NCBI GenBank assembly: GCA_964016885.1
Contig: OZ024741.1
Span: 327,360,001 to 327,424,000, forward strand
DNA: 64,000 bases
Reading direction: 5' to 3'
DNA from: Eledone cirrhosa
Lineage: Eukaryota
The notes under the pieces are model-generated. The model saw nothing but the letters and a program-made list of their open reading frames with translations, was not told the origin of the DNA and did not search any database. Shown piece after piece: positions 13,245-29,229 of the stretch. Each line of letters opens with the position of its first letter. The stretch's first letter is position 1. The position numbers and the translations under genes were made by a program.

Positions 13245-13870
13245 GATATTAATAAATGGATACTATATTTATAAAACGATATTTATTTCATTATACATAT
13301 TTCAAGGATACCATGTTAATTTATGTTAACTCAACTTAATATGACATGACTTAAGGTTTTCGTTCTCTCCCCCTCTCTCTATCTCTATATTTCTCTCTCT
13401 TGATTTTTTCTCTCTGTCTGGTGGTTGGATATCTCTCTGTTGTTTTTCTCTGTTTTCTTTTTTTCTTTTTTCTTTCTTCTTTTTTCTTTATTTATCTCTC
13501 CCTTTCTTTTCTCCACTTTTATCTCTCTCGGTTTCTCTCTCTCTCCGTTTTTTTCCGTCTCCTTAACATAACGACTTACAAAAATAAACAAACCACTATC
13601 CTGATGTCTTCCAAAAGTAACGGTCGCATTTTGAAAGGGTACGTCAATGTTTATTTATAAAACTGGTATATATTGTATTTTGTCTGATGAAGGCATACCA
13701 TAATTTAACATGGTATCCTTGAAATATGTATAATGAATTAAATATGGTTTTATAAATATAGTTTCCATTAATAATATCGTATATTTACTCCAAATACATG
13801 TCGAGTGCTTTATATCAGTTATAAAAATATTTGCTTGTTGTATCCCAACAATTTAAATAGAACTTTTGCA
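13242..13870. mobile_element. HHR family D element with short inverted arm
   Basis: 13243-13325 is the reverse complement of 13699-13780; plus-strand HHR CTGATGA(13684)-AGGcATACCAT..ATGGTATCCTT-GAAATATGTATA; TA flanks. Confidence 0.8.
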
Positions 13871-13954
13871 TATATATATATATATATATACATTCATGCA
13901 TAAATACACATACACACACAAAGACCGACACACACACACATGCACACACACACA

Positions 13955-14025
<71 letters not shown>

Positions 14026-14205
14026 CCAGTCACACACACTCATATATATATATATAAGCTCCTTCGGTCATAACGCAAAGGCGCAAGGTTACTTTTGGAA
14101 GACCAGCTGCCGCCCACGCATACCGGTCTCCGGTCTCCTCTCTCCACACCAATGATGCCCTTGGTAAAGACAAAGGCCGATAAACCTGACACTAGTGACG
14201 CCGAG

Positions 14206-14253
<48 letters not shown>

Positions 14254-14546
14254 CTTAAATTTCATATAACTAACTGTTTCTTATGCCATGTTCGGTAATA
14301 TCTCTCACCTTCTTCTAGCACCTATTGAGTTGAGCATGGGAGAGTTCCAATTAATAACACCCCACTTCAGAATGATGCAACGAGATTAGTTTTGGCAATA
14401 CAGATTATTTCGTGAGCGATCAGGCCTACGGCAAAAGGTATCCCACCTATGATCATCCAGTAGGTACTTTCTCACATCAAGATGATTCAAACTATATCAA
14501 ATTTCTGTGCAGTGCTGGACTTACTTGACAGCTAAAGCCGCTATAG

Positions 14547-17104
<2,558 letters not shown>

Positions 17105-18419
17105 AGCTATAGCTTAGGCCTATATATCCTTGGGCCGCATTTAAAAAAATATTTTTTTTTTATTTTGTCGTTAGTTTTTTTTTTCACTTTAAAACTAAAT
17201 CAGTAAAAATTATATATGTCTATATATTATTTACATTTTATCATTAACATAAATATAAAAAATAATTTTTTAGCCAATGTTTTTTTTTTTAAAGAAGGAC
17301 CTAACATTTCGTATTACGTAGAACCTCAGCAAGTAAAAGTTCGGAGTTGTTCTTTAGAACAGTCTGTCATAGTCTAAGATTATCTAATATATATTTTCTT
17401 ATGTAAAACGTTACTGTGTGATATGTGGAATATTAGCTGCTAATTCTAGCAGTTCAAGAGAAAGAATAGAGACATCCATGTTACATCAGCTTCTATAGAA
17501 TGTAATGTTAACTGTGTAATCAAGCTAAACAAATGTGTATGCTTTGTAGTTAAACAACCTTAGCTTCATTGTTGGAAACAAATCTGAGACGATGACAGAT
17601 GTTATGAAATATATACTATTTAATATTATACTTCGTATTTGAGGCTTTTTGTTTCATTCATCAAAAAGTTGCCCGGGAACGATTTCCATTGAATGATAAA
17701 AACAAGAATAACACGGAGATGACATAAACATTAAGTATAGGTCTTACATAACTTCGAGATGCTATTCACAGTACCGTGCAAAATATGGAGAGATAGAATC
17801 AGTTCAAGCATGATACATAAACTCTTATTTAAAATATTACGATATCAGCAGTATTTTCGTATAATATAATACAGGTTACACATACTGACACACAGGAACA
17901 GACAAACACTCACATACATAGAGACAAACGCATGTCGACAAACACACGTATGGACAAACACAGACAACGATCAAACTCGTATACATCCTTCTCTAATTAA
18001 TGTAACTATATATATGTAAGTGTGTATGTAAGTATGCAAGTATTTGTATAAACATACATTCATACATACATACACATATGCATACACACATAACTTTATA
18101 GATCCATACATGCATACATGCATACATACATACACACTTACATACATATACACATATATACGCATACACATACACATACATACACACACATACATACATA
18201 CACACACATACATACATAAACTCATACATACATGCGCACATACATACACACACATTCATACATGAATACATACATACGAATGTAGATAGATATAAAGATA
18301 TAGACAGTGAGGCAGAGAGAGAGATAGATATCCAATTCAAATATACTCAATACGCAACGTAAAACGTAAATATATTACGAAACATTGCAATAGTAGTTAT
18401 AATGTAGCGAATATATGTA

Positions 18420-18509
<90 letters not shown>

Positions 18510-18510
18510 A

Positions 18511-18680
18511 TTTTGGAAACTCTGCTTCGTAGAATTGAGACGTATCCAAGGACCTTGCGATTTCAGAGTCAGGTTCGATCATTACATCGATCGTGCTAAG
18601 AGCTGGTCGCCAGAGAAACGATTGTAATATATATAATAAATGTTATTCGTTGCAACACTAATTCTCCGTTTCTTGTGTGA
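18511..18680 (+). repeat. Dispersed family F insert in (TA)n; second copy on minus at 49773-49944
   Basis: The two copies align over ~170 bp; contains GGTTCGATC and an HHR-like 3' half GCTGG tcg CCAGA-GAAACGATTGTA. Confidence 0.7.
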
Positions 18681-18706
18681 TATATATATATATATATATA
18701 TATATG

Positions 18707-19200
18707 AGCTGTCAACACATATATAAATATATATGCAAAAGTTCTATTTAAATTGTTGGGATACAACAAGCAAATATTTTTATAACTGATATAAAGCACT
18801 CAACAAATATTTGGAGTAAACATACGATATTAACAAATGGAAACTATATTTATAAAACCATATTTATTTTATTATACATATTTCAAGGACACCACGTTAA
18901 AATATGGTGTGCTTTCATCAGACAAAATACAATATAGATCAGTTTTATAAATAAATATTGACATACCCTTAAAAAATGCAACCATTACTGTTGGAAGCTC
19001 CCGGATAGATGACTATCCGGGAGCTTCCAACAGTAATGGTTGCATTTTTTAAGGGTATGTCAATATTTATTTATAAAACTGATCTATATTGTATTTTGTC
19101 TGATGAAAGCACACCATATTTTAACGTGGTGTCCTTGAAATATGTATAATAAAATAAATATGGTTTTATAAATATAGTTTCTGTTTGTTAATATCGTATA
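18707..19200. mobile_element. HHR family D near-perfect fold-back (arms 18822-19008 and 19013-19199, 4-nt loop)
   Basis: ~187-bp inverted repeat centred on CCGGATAG-atga-CTATCCGG; left arm extends a further ~115 bp; TA flanks. Confidence 0.9.
19084..19163 (+). ncRNA. Type I hammerhead ribozyme (family D); mirror copy on minus at 18858-18937
   Basis: ~15-bp stem I with one bulge (CTATATTgTATTTTGT / ATAAAATAAATATGG), CTGATGA, stem II AAGcACACCAT / GTGGTGTcCTT, GAAA, quasi-palindromic stem III, AUA triplet. Confidence 0.85.
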
Positions 19201-19974
19201 TATATATATATATATAGAATAAGGAAAAGCGAAGTAGTTTCAGATGTTCAAGTCTTTTAATAATAATGCTGTGATATATATTTGAATGGCGACAGTGGCC
19301 ACACTGTTCCGTGCGCCAGTGTCGCGACATTGTCAGACAGCTTCTTACATAATAAGGTTATGTTTCCGAGATAATCCAAATTGAATCGACATGGGAACGG
19401 ACGAAGTGTGTGCTCTTGTGTTCTTCATCCATTCCCCTGTGAGTACCAATTCACACCCACCGGTCTGCGCAGGCGCAGGTCCGAAGGAAGTTGACCAATA
19501 GCTACCGCAGATTTCAACGAAATTCATTTAGTCAGTTCCCCCTCTCAGCCAAACAATGACCCATTCAGGCCTGTAATATAGCTTACTGCTAAATACCCCG
19601 GCTGTGGCAGTCAGTCGAAAGCCAGTGGGGATGAGAAATTGTGAGTATTTATAGGTCTCAATACTACATCTCACTAAGAATGGACAGTATAGTTGACCAT
19701 CAACCTCTAAGAGAAAATATACTTAATTCTATGTATCATGGTTTCACGGTGGAAGTTGGAAATTAGAACTAACAATTAAAATTTAAAATCGAATATCAGA
19801 AATCAAATATTAAATATTAAAAATTAACAATTAAAAATTAATAATGTTTCAAGTGAGAATCTGGATTGAGGTGAGTAAAAAAATATAGATTGAAGTGAGT
19901 AAATAATATGCAGAGAGATGTTTAAGTAAGAAGTTTTGGAATGGGTATTAATGTTACAGTTATATTATCTATAT

Positions 19975-21229
19975 ACTGAACGATAGTACCGATTGTCCAG
20001 CCAAAACGCTCACCAACATGGAGCGCGTGCTCTTCCAATTCCTTTGGAAGAAACGTGCTCCTTTGGTAAGAAGATCCATCTGCTGCCAACACCCTTCAAA
20101 CGGAGGGCTGGGGTGCCGTGGCTGACGATTCGCAAACACCCGCTCAGACTGCGGCACCTCCACGTATTTCTCACCAGACAACCGGTGTGGGCCCCATTCG
20201 TGAGGCGAGCCTTCCCACGACTCATCTCGCTGACCCCGCTGCAGACCTGGCTCAAGCAAAGACCGAGGAAAATGGGCGACTGGCATATCGAATTTGTTCA
20301 GGCGCTCACAGTCCTCTGGCAAACGGACCCGGCGATCAGTGGAGACTCCACTTCGACATTCTATAGAGGGTTGGTCCGCAGCATGTGCGACGACACGCCC
20401 GGAGAAACTCTAGGCGTAGAGGAGGACGAACTGGCCAGCCTGTTCGGTAGGACCTTAAGCCCGGGACCAATCGACAACTTCCAAAAGTCCCTGGCCTGAC
20501 AGTGCTACTGAGGAGCTCTACCGGTTCGAGACAAGATCTACAGACACGGGCGCCCGGGTAGGGACCCTTCGAAAAAGATCTGTCCGAGATGCGTGCGCGA
20601 CGAGGAAATCGTCGCGCACGCATTTGTACACCGCCTGGGGGTTACTGACCTGTGGGGCTATGTAGAACGACTATTGTTGCGGGTAGGACAAATCCAGTTG
20701 ACCACCGAGTCCATTGTCATGATCAAACCGCCACCCTCCTTCAAAAACGAGGGAGAGGCGGTTTTCCTATGTGTTATGGCTATGGTGAAAGAGATTATAT
20801 GGTGGACGAGGTTAAAAGAGCTGAGGTCAGACACCTTTCTTTCCAGCGAGCAACTGATTCGTTTTTTCAAATATCATTTTGGAAGAAGAATCTGGATGGA
20901 GAGAGAGGTGCTGTATCCCAGCAAATTTTATAAAAGGTGGGTGAATGTGGCAAAGCTGACCCGAGTGGTTGGGCCTTCTCTCTATATAAGCCTGTAGGTT
21001 GAGGAAAAAGAGGAAGATAGGAAGGGAGTACTCACTCTTGGTGCTCCTGGAGATGAGGGTTGTACATTTTTTCGGGGTGTGTACAACCCCTGTGTAACAC
21101 CTCCCACCTATTGGGGATTTCAATTGTTATTTGCTATTGTATTAATAGTTTCATTTTCATATAACTGTATGTAAACTCCCCACTTGGATTTGTCCCCTTC
21201 TTTTATGCCCTTGTGGCTAATAAAGAAAT
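19975..21229 (+). mobile_element. 5'-truncated, decayed copy of the same Tx1-like LINE family
   Basis: Translations match the 7151-8383 ORF (PVWAPFVRR, KPPPSFKNEGEAVFLCV); 3' AATAAAGAAA; candidate 10-bp TSD TTATCTATAT at 19965-19974 and 21230-21239. Confidence 0.9.
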
Positions 21230-21423
21230 TTATCTATATCACCCTCATCTCTGCTCCTCCAACTTATTACTAATATTGCTTTCATTCTATTTATATTATT
21301 TGTTCATCTATTTATAAATACTAGCGCACTGCATCATGAACACAGAGCAGTATTGGTCGGATATCGACTGTAATTAAAATCGAGTGACGTGGCTAATAAA
21401 ATAAATTTATCTATCTATCTATG

Positions 21424-22175
21424 AGTTGGAATAGGATGAAACGAAATTTCATTTCTCACTCTTAGTACGGCACTTACTTAAATGTAAGTATGTATGTATA
21501 CGTACATACATATATATATACAGACGTACAGTAGCATGCATATATATATATATACATATATATATATACACATACAGGTACACATATATATATATGTACG
21601 TATCAGTTTAGCGGACGTTTATTATAACGCCCGCTTTGTCCGTTTGTAAACAAACGGACAGCCTGATTTATGCCGTACGGTGTTAAGGCAACCACGTCAC
21701 CTTTTTGATCATCACTGACACAGGAACGATGTACTAGTTTCAAGCTTCTTAGCTATCATCAGCACCGTATACCCTTCTGCCAGATGGTTGAACGTTCGAA
21801 AGTATATACTTTCCTTATGAAAATTAACGGCTCAGCAGCCTAATTTGCATATCGAGTGAGTTCAGTCGGCCAGGCGCCCCTAAAACGATAAGTTGGAATA
21901 GGATGAAACGAAATTTCATTTCTCACTCTTAGTACGGCACTTACTTCGAGCGTTCAACCATCTGGCAGAAGGGTATACGGTGCTGATGATAGCTAAGAAG
22001 CTTGAAACTAGTACATCGTTCCTGTGTCAGTGTTGAAAAAAAGGTGACGTGGTTGCCTTAACACCGTACGGCATAAATCAGGCTGTCCGTTTGTTTACAA
22101 ACAGACTAAGCGGGTGTTATAATAAACGTCCGCTAAACTGATACGTACATATATATATGTGTATCTGTATGTATA

Positions 22176-22255
<80 letters not shown>

Positions 22256-22276
22256 CGTATACATACATATACTTAT
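21424..22276. mobile_element. HHR family C fold-back element with ~468-nt terminal redundancy
   Basis: 21595-21797 is inverted at 21950-22147, with weaker homology continuing to ~22276; a 55-bp block at 21424-21478 is repeated at 21891-21946. Confidence 0.88.
21977..22019 (+). ncRNA. Minimal type I hammerhead ribozyme (family C); mirror copy on minus at 21726-21768
   Basis: ACGGTG-CTGATGA-TAGCT aaga AGCTT-GAAACTAGTA-CATCGT; palindromic stem III ACTAGT, GUA triplet. Confidence 0.88.
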
Positions 22277-22379
22277 ATCTATCTATATATTATTCAGCAT
22301 TCAGAAATAGGTGTATCTACCTTTGAATACATACACACAAACGCTCACGCACAGGTACATATATGTGTACACACACACA

Positions 22380-22410
<31 letters not shown>

Positions 22411-22583
22411 GCACGCGCGCACATGCACAGATCTATATTGAAAAGCAGAAGAACCGCGAAACGGTAAAGGAACCAAATAAATATATATATTTTTTTAAAA
22501 ATAAGACTCCAGTTGCATTTTCGATTTCTTCTTTTTTTCTTTATAAATATACATATATATATATGTGTGTGTGTGTATATGTA

Positions 22584-22707
<124 letters not shown>

Positions 22708-22741
22708 TGTGTGTATATATATATATATATATACATATTTG

Positions 22742-22772
<31 letters not shown>

Positions 22773-22783
22773 ACGTACTTATG

Positions 22784-22836
<53 letters not shown>

Positions 22837-23619
22837 ATATATATATGCAGAGACAAAAGATAATTAATTACAGATTTTGACACAGCACTCTAACTTAAAT
22901 GGTTGAAGCATCGTACGTTGAGTGTAAGGTTTAAATGCAATACAACGTCGACTGCAGTAAACAAAGGAGTAAAAGCAGATCGATAAAATGGATTGGGAAT
23001 CATTGAAAAATAAGTTGAATGGACACATTTCACGGGTGGATGGACTTAGGATGGAACGTTTAATGTTGTAATGCATCAATGGACGCTCGCTGGATGCAAT
23101 CTAGTAAAAACATTATTGGAATTGATTAACTAATATAAATATCAGATTAATGACCACCCCTCTCTCTCACTCTCTTTATCTCTGTATGGTTATCTTGTAC
23201 TTCTCACACAATCTCTAGTCACTCTATCTCTCCTCCCCTTATATATAAGGATCGAGAGAGGTAGAGTGAATGAGAGATAAAAAAATAATAATTGCTGTAT
23301 GTACACACACCCATGCACTCAGATATTTATCTATATTCACTCATACACACACACACACACGCGCGTGCACACGCACACACACAGACACACACACACACAT
23401 ATATTATATATATATATACATACATATACATATATATGCATACACATATATATGCACACACATGCATTTATATATATAAATATATATATATATAAACGTA
23501 TGGATGTATATGTATATATATATATATATGTAAAATGTAAACAGACACAACAAAAATATCAAAACAAACGGCACAGTACATTGAAGAAATATATCAGTTT
23601 AACGCTTGGATTAGCAGGA

Positions 23620-23657
<38 letters not shown>

Positions 23658-23767
23658 ATTATACACCTCCACATATATATATATATATACACATATAAAT
23701 ACATATATATACATACATATATATACATATACATATATATATATATACATCTATATATGTATGTATA

Positions 23768-23982
<215 letters not shown>

Positions 23983-24155
23983 ATACACATACACATATAT
24001 ATATATATATATACACATATAAATACATATATATACATACATATATATACATATACATATATATATATACACATATATATATATGTATGTATATGTACAT
24101 ATATATATATATATATATATAAATATATATACATATATATACATATATATATATA

Positions 24156-24226
<71 letters not shown>

Positions 24227-24820
24227 GGAAAACATAATTGCATTATCATACATATACATATGTAGTTCACACTTTAATAGCAACAAAGCCCTAACAATAG
24301 ATGTAACTGCAATAACCAGAAGATGTACACATATGCACGTAGGGAAGAATGCATATGTTAAAACTAAGTGATACTATGGGCGGAAGCTGGAAATTACGTG
24401 TTTGATAAGTGAATATCGTGTAGCCTATCTAATTGAATAATCCATCTGGTTGATGTGCGTGTGTGTGTCTGTATGTGTGTGATGGGAAGGGGTCGCAAAA
24501 TTTGTAATGGTGATTATCATGTTGGCGGGGATTTTATTTGTGGTTGTGACAGCTTCGATAACAATAATGAAAATCATATTCATTGTTATCGCTACCATAA
24601 TTATCATGACCAGAGAAGGGGGCAGGGCCATAATTGTTAGCATGGGAGTTCAAACACCCCGTCATCTTTCAGAGTTTGGATTATTCTGTTGCTGTTGGTC
24701 ATACTTTACGCATTATGTCTAGTAGGGATTTTTTAATGTATGTATTTATGTATGTACATCTCTCTCTCTCCCACTTTCTCTCTCTCTTTCTCTCTCTCTC
24801 CCACTCTCTCTCTCTCTCTC

Positions 24821-24888
<68 letters not shown>

Positions 24889-25174
24889 ATTCTATACTAT
24901 AAACCCCAATTGAATATATATCTGACCACGAATGCTTTTTGTGAAAATCAGTCATATGTGACTATTGTCATCTTGCCTGATGGTTTGAACTTTACAACAC
25001 CACCTGCCTTTTTGAGGTCAAATACCACCCCTACTAGCATCTACAAACTGACCAATGAGAAATAAGATTATTCCTGCTGACAACATTAAATTGTTTCTAA
25101 CAAGCTCATATGTCCCAAGGCTCTGATACAATCAACACCATAAACACAGAGCTGGCATATCTAAGTACTGACTA

Positions 25175-25230
25175 ACTGCCTGATCAGGTCATAGCCATTC
25201 AATGGCTATCATCGAAATATATATAGCAGT
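25175..25230 (+). ncRNA. Hammerhead motif with G8C core change inside a TA-flanked insert (24885-25276)
   Basis: ACTGC-CTGATCA-GGTcATAGCCATT c AATGGCTATcATC-GAAATATATATA-GCAGT; all three stems pair. Confidence 0.7.
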
Positions 25231-25271
25231 AAATAAAGGATTATGAGTTCATGCAATTGACTTATGTTTCG

Positions 25272-25330
<59 letters not shown>

Positions 25331-25509
25331 CTGAACAAAATAAAAAACGAACACAGACATATATATATATATATGTTCAAATTGTAATAGACCAAATCGT
25401 AATGGACCAAAATCGCTAAGGTGAAAAATTGGAAATAGGTAACGGCCAGTCTTTTTCCTAGAGCTAATGTTCTGTAATGAGACTATTTTGAGTTTCTAAC
25501 TCATGCTTT

Positions 25510-25543
<34 letters not shown>

Positions 25544-25545
<2 letters not shown>

Positions 25546-25762
25546 CGAAGGAAATGTGGTAAGGAACCAGGTGGACCATAACGCACCAAAGTACTCAATA
25601 CTTAGGGTAGTAGAGTGGGTAATAGGAACAAGTAAGACCCCGACGGCTGAGCTCAAGCCGTTTCGACTGCTAATTCTGGACTGAATGACAGAATAAATTT
25701 TCATTCAGTCCAGAATTAGCCGTCGAAACGGCTTGAGCTCAGGTGTCGGGGTCTTACTTGTT

Positions 25763-25766
<4 letters not shown>
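25544..25766. mobile_element. Family E fold-back insert in (TA)n
   Basis: 66-bp arms 25623-25688 and 25701-25766; homologues at 39788-39983, 49626-49700 and 53768-53971. Confidence 0.85.
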
Positions 25767-25818
<52 letters not shown>

Positions 25819-25823
<5 letters not shown>

Positions 25824-25962
25824 TAAAATAACAGATTAAAGTTTAAGCAAAGAATCGCTTCTTTCACTCTCCACGGGATCTTCTGAAACTAAAAATGTCA
25901 ATCTGTGAACGCAGAAGTAAATATTTCAAAAGACGTTGCAACCGAAGGAAAACAGGAAGACG
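25819..25962. repeat. Dispersed TA-adjacent repeat family I (also 40521-40662, and inverted at 6158-6212)
   Basis: TTTATTAAAATAACAGATTAAAGTTTAAGCAAAGAATCGCT is shared; all three copies end at the same AATAAA next to (TA)n. Confidence 0.75.
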
Positions 25963-26037
25963 ACACTTTGGTTCGTGGAAACGTTCCCTGGCAAAGAACG
26001 GAAAACAACGAAGATAATACGTCATTATTTTGTGCGG

Positions 26038-26200
26038 TTTTATCGACCCCGTAAGGATGAAAGGCGAAGTTAATCTCGACGAGGTCTGAGTTCAAATCCC
26101 GTCGAGGTTAACTTTGCCTTTCATCCTTACGGGGTCGATAAAATAAAGTACCAGTAATGTACTGGTTAATTGCTGGCTTTGTGCCAAAAGTATAAACAAT
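26038..26200 (+). mobile_element. SINE with inverted duplication of its core
   Basis: 26038-26081 is the reverse complement of 26100-26143 (CGTCGAGGTTAACTTTGCCTTTCATCCTTACGGGGTCGATAAAA). Confidence 0.75.
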
Positions 26201-27455
26201 TATTTGGTGCGGTGAAAACAATTACACGCAAAGACGAAAACCACGTTTATGGTATAATGAAGTCGTAGACTAATATTCTATTAGGTAGTTTGTGGAGACG
26301 TTCTCTGTGAATGAACGGAAAAAACGAAGATAATACGTCAATATGTGGCACAGTGAGAACAATTACACGCAAAGACAAAACCACGTAAATGGTATACCTA
26401 AAGTCGTAGACGAAAATTATATTTAGGAAACCGAATGATTCTCGGCTTCAGAGTTGAGGATGGATTAAATTTGAAACTGGTTAGACAATTACTCATCAGA
26501 GTACTTGATACTTGGAGAAGTAGAATATGCTTATATTATAAAGCGTTACGGTTAGTGTCAGCTCTTGCCATTTCAACAGCTATTTCCAGACGGTATTATG
26601 CATGCTTCTCTATCTAACCATATGATTATGCAGTAATTGCATGTTAAACAAGTGGAATATTTTACATTTTTTTACATTTCCATTACCGGATTGTAGCCGT
26701 TTACGGTTGTACTACTGAACCGTTGTATCCGAAGTTAGGCTGCTTCGTTTACGACCATACCAGGTAATTAAAAAAACAGGCTACAATCATTTTACACTAT
26801 CCCCACTTTTCTAAACAGCCCCATTCACCTGCTACTATGTGTGTATGTATGCACCTAATGTAGAATTTCATATACATTATTATACTCCCCCGTAGCTAGG
26901 AGAGTTCACGCGCGCACGCTCACTCACATATCCACACACTCACATTCAAACATAAAAACACACCGTTACGAGCGCGCACACACATGCGTATACACACGTA
27001 CGTACACGCATATTCCCATGTTCATCTTACATAAATATTTTGATTACTTCTCACCCTAAAACTTTCAAACGCGTAAGATACCCATTGACCGCAACACACC
27101 TAGATGGCCGATTGAATAGAGACAGGTGCTTTTTCTGCCGCGTAGTCCCCTCTCCCATCTTCCCCCGGTTCCTTCCTCTTATCACTCTTTACTTTATATT
27201 TATCTATTCATCTTATATTTCTAACTCTGTCTTCTGATAAGGACTACTGACTGAAACGTTATTTCAAGCGTTAAACTAATATATTTTTTCGATGTACTGT
27301 GTCGTTTATTTTGTTATTTCTGTTTATATTTTACATATATATGTGTATTTATATATGTATGTACGTATTATGCATGTATGTATGTATTCATGTCTGTCTG
27401 TATGCCTCTATGTATGTATGTATTCGTGTATGTACATGTATGCGTTTGCATTATG

Positions 27456-27539
<84 letters not shown>

Positions 27540-28589
27540 GTATGCGTATATTTATGCATGTGTGTGTGCATATGTATACATCTCTGCTGGAGTATATATT
27601 AGGACGTGTGTGTGTGCGTTCGAACGCATATTTTTACTTCATTTTATACCATTTGGTTTGTAACGTGTGATTTCTTTCTCTGAAGTATGTGCGGGTTTCT
27701 GTGATTGTATGTTCATTTAACTGGTTTGTTGTGTGTGTGTTAACGGGTACACTCACGTACGCGTGCCTGTTTCAGAGTTGAAGCAAACCGCATGCAAATA
27801 TGTGAATATATTACTCGAACAAAAAAATATAAAAAAATATTTCCTTTGTGTATTTAGGAGAAAATGAGCAATTTTAATTACTGCAAGTTCATTTATTTAG
27901 GGAAATGCGAGGACAGTGATTTTAGTAGAGGTCATTCTCCGGTTATTACTAATTAAGGCAGAAAATGCTATTTGATGAGCGAAAGGATAATGTTATGTTT
28001 TATTTGAATGCCATGTTAACGTAACCGATATGATGTTATGAAATTTAAATCAGTATCTTCACTTTTGATACGCCAAGAAATTAATTCTGTGCATTCATTC
28101 GATGTTTTGTCATTTCAAGAGTGATAACCTTTTTAGGGTTTCAAAATGTTTTGAATCTGGATAACATGACGCTTTATTTAAACGTTGCAATTTAATACTG
28201 TAGGGCAGATTTTATTTCTGTTTACATAAAAATAATAAAAACAGATCTGTGTTACTACTGTTGTGTCCAATATTCACCGCAAAGTTTTAACCGTGTAATC
28301 CAGTAAATGAATAATAGTCTGTTCTTGAACTGATTAGCAGTAACACTGTAGTAATCAATGCTGGTACATTTAATATCAGCATGAAAATGCGCATAGAATA
28401 GAGATTGAAGTGTTTGTTATACGAACGTAACGTACGAGTTCGGTTTCTGCACAAGTGCTAGCTATTTTTATGCTATCGACAAATTTATTATACAACTAGA
28501 GAAAATTATAATGGTTTGTCGAAAATCTACTGCCAAATCGGTGATTTTTTATGAAAGAAAATGAATCCTATCTCGTTGATAGATTATTC

Positions 28590-29098
28590 TAGGAAGCCTA
28601 TATTACCATGTCAAGCACAAGCAAGGGGGACAACCGTCTATGCCTTTTAGGCTTAACTGGCCTTCGTCAGGACTGTCCCCCTTGCTTCTGCTGGACATCA
28701 CCAGAGGGCGTTAGCCCCCCGGTGTTTGGATAGCTACGGCTTCCTAAAACTGTATTTCTTTGGAGATACGAAATATTTATACATATTGTATAAAACTATG
28801 CTTGAAGCGAAATCCTATTTCTTTTTTATTATAAGTTGAGCCAACTAATGCAGCTTCATATGCAAATGCGATTAATCACCTCATTTACGCAGACGAGAAA
28901 AGTATATATTCTCAGCTGTCTTCTAGTCCAGCAGTCGCAAGCGGCGGGAGAGACCGTCCTGGCTAAGGCCAGTTAAGCCTGAAATGCATAGACGGTTGTC
29001 ACCCTTGCTTCTGCTGGACATCACCAGAGGGTGTTAGCCCCCCGGTGTTTGCATAGCTACGGCTTCCTAGAACTGTATTTATTTGGAGATACGAAGTA
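28590..29098. mobile_element. HHR family J: short minus arm plus ~1.3 monomers of 323 nt
   Basis: 28674-28775 is repeated at 28997-29098; 28607-28673 is inverted relative to 28956-29021; HHR remnants in both arms. Confidence 0.82.
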
Positions 29099-29108
29099 TA
29101 TATATATT

Positions 29109-29190
<82 letters not shown>

Positions 29191-29229
29191 TGGGTCTGAT
29201 TCTATGTATATATATATAAATGTGTAAGC

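Noticed and set aside
14420-14470. Faint resemblance to the reverse complement of the 5S rRNA 3' end
   Set aside because: Too degenerate to call by eye.
27228-27265. CTGATAA GGACTACTGACT GAAACGTT
   Set aside because: Uncompensated core and non-pairing stems I and II.
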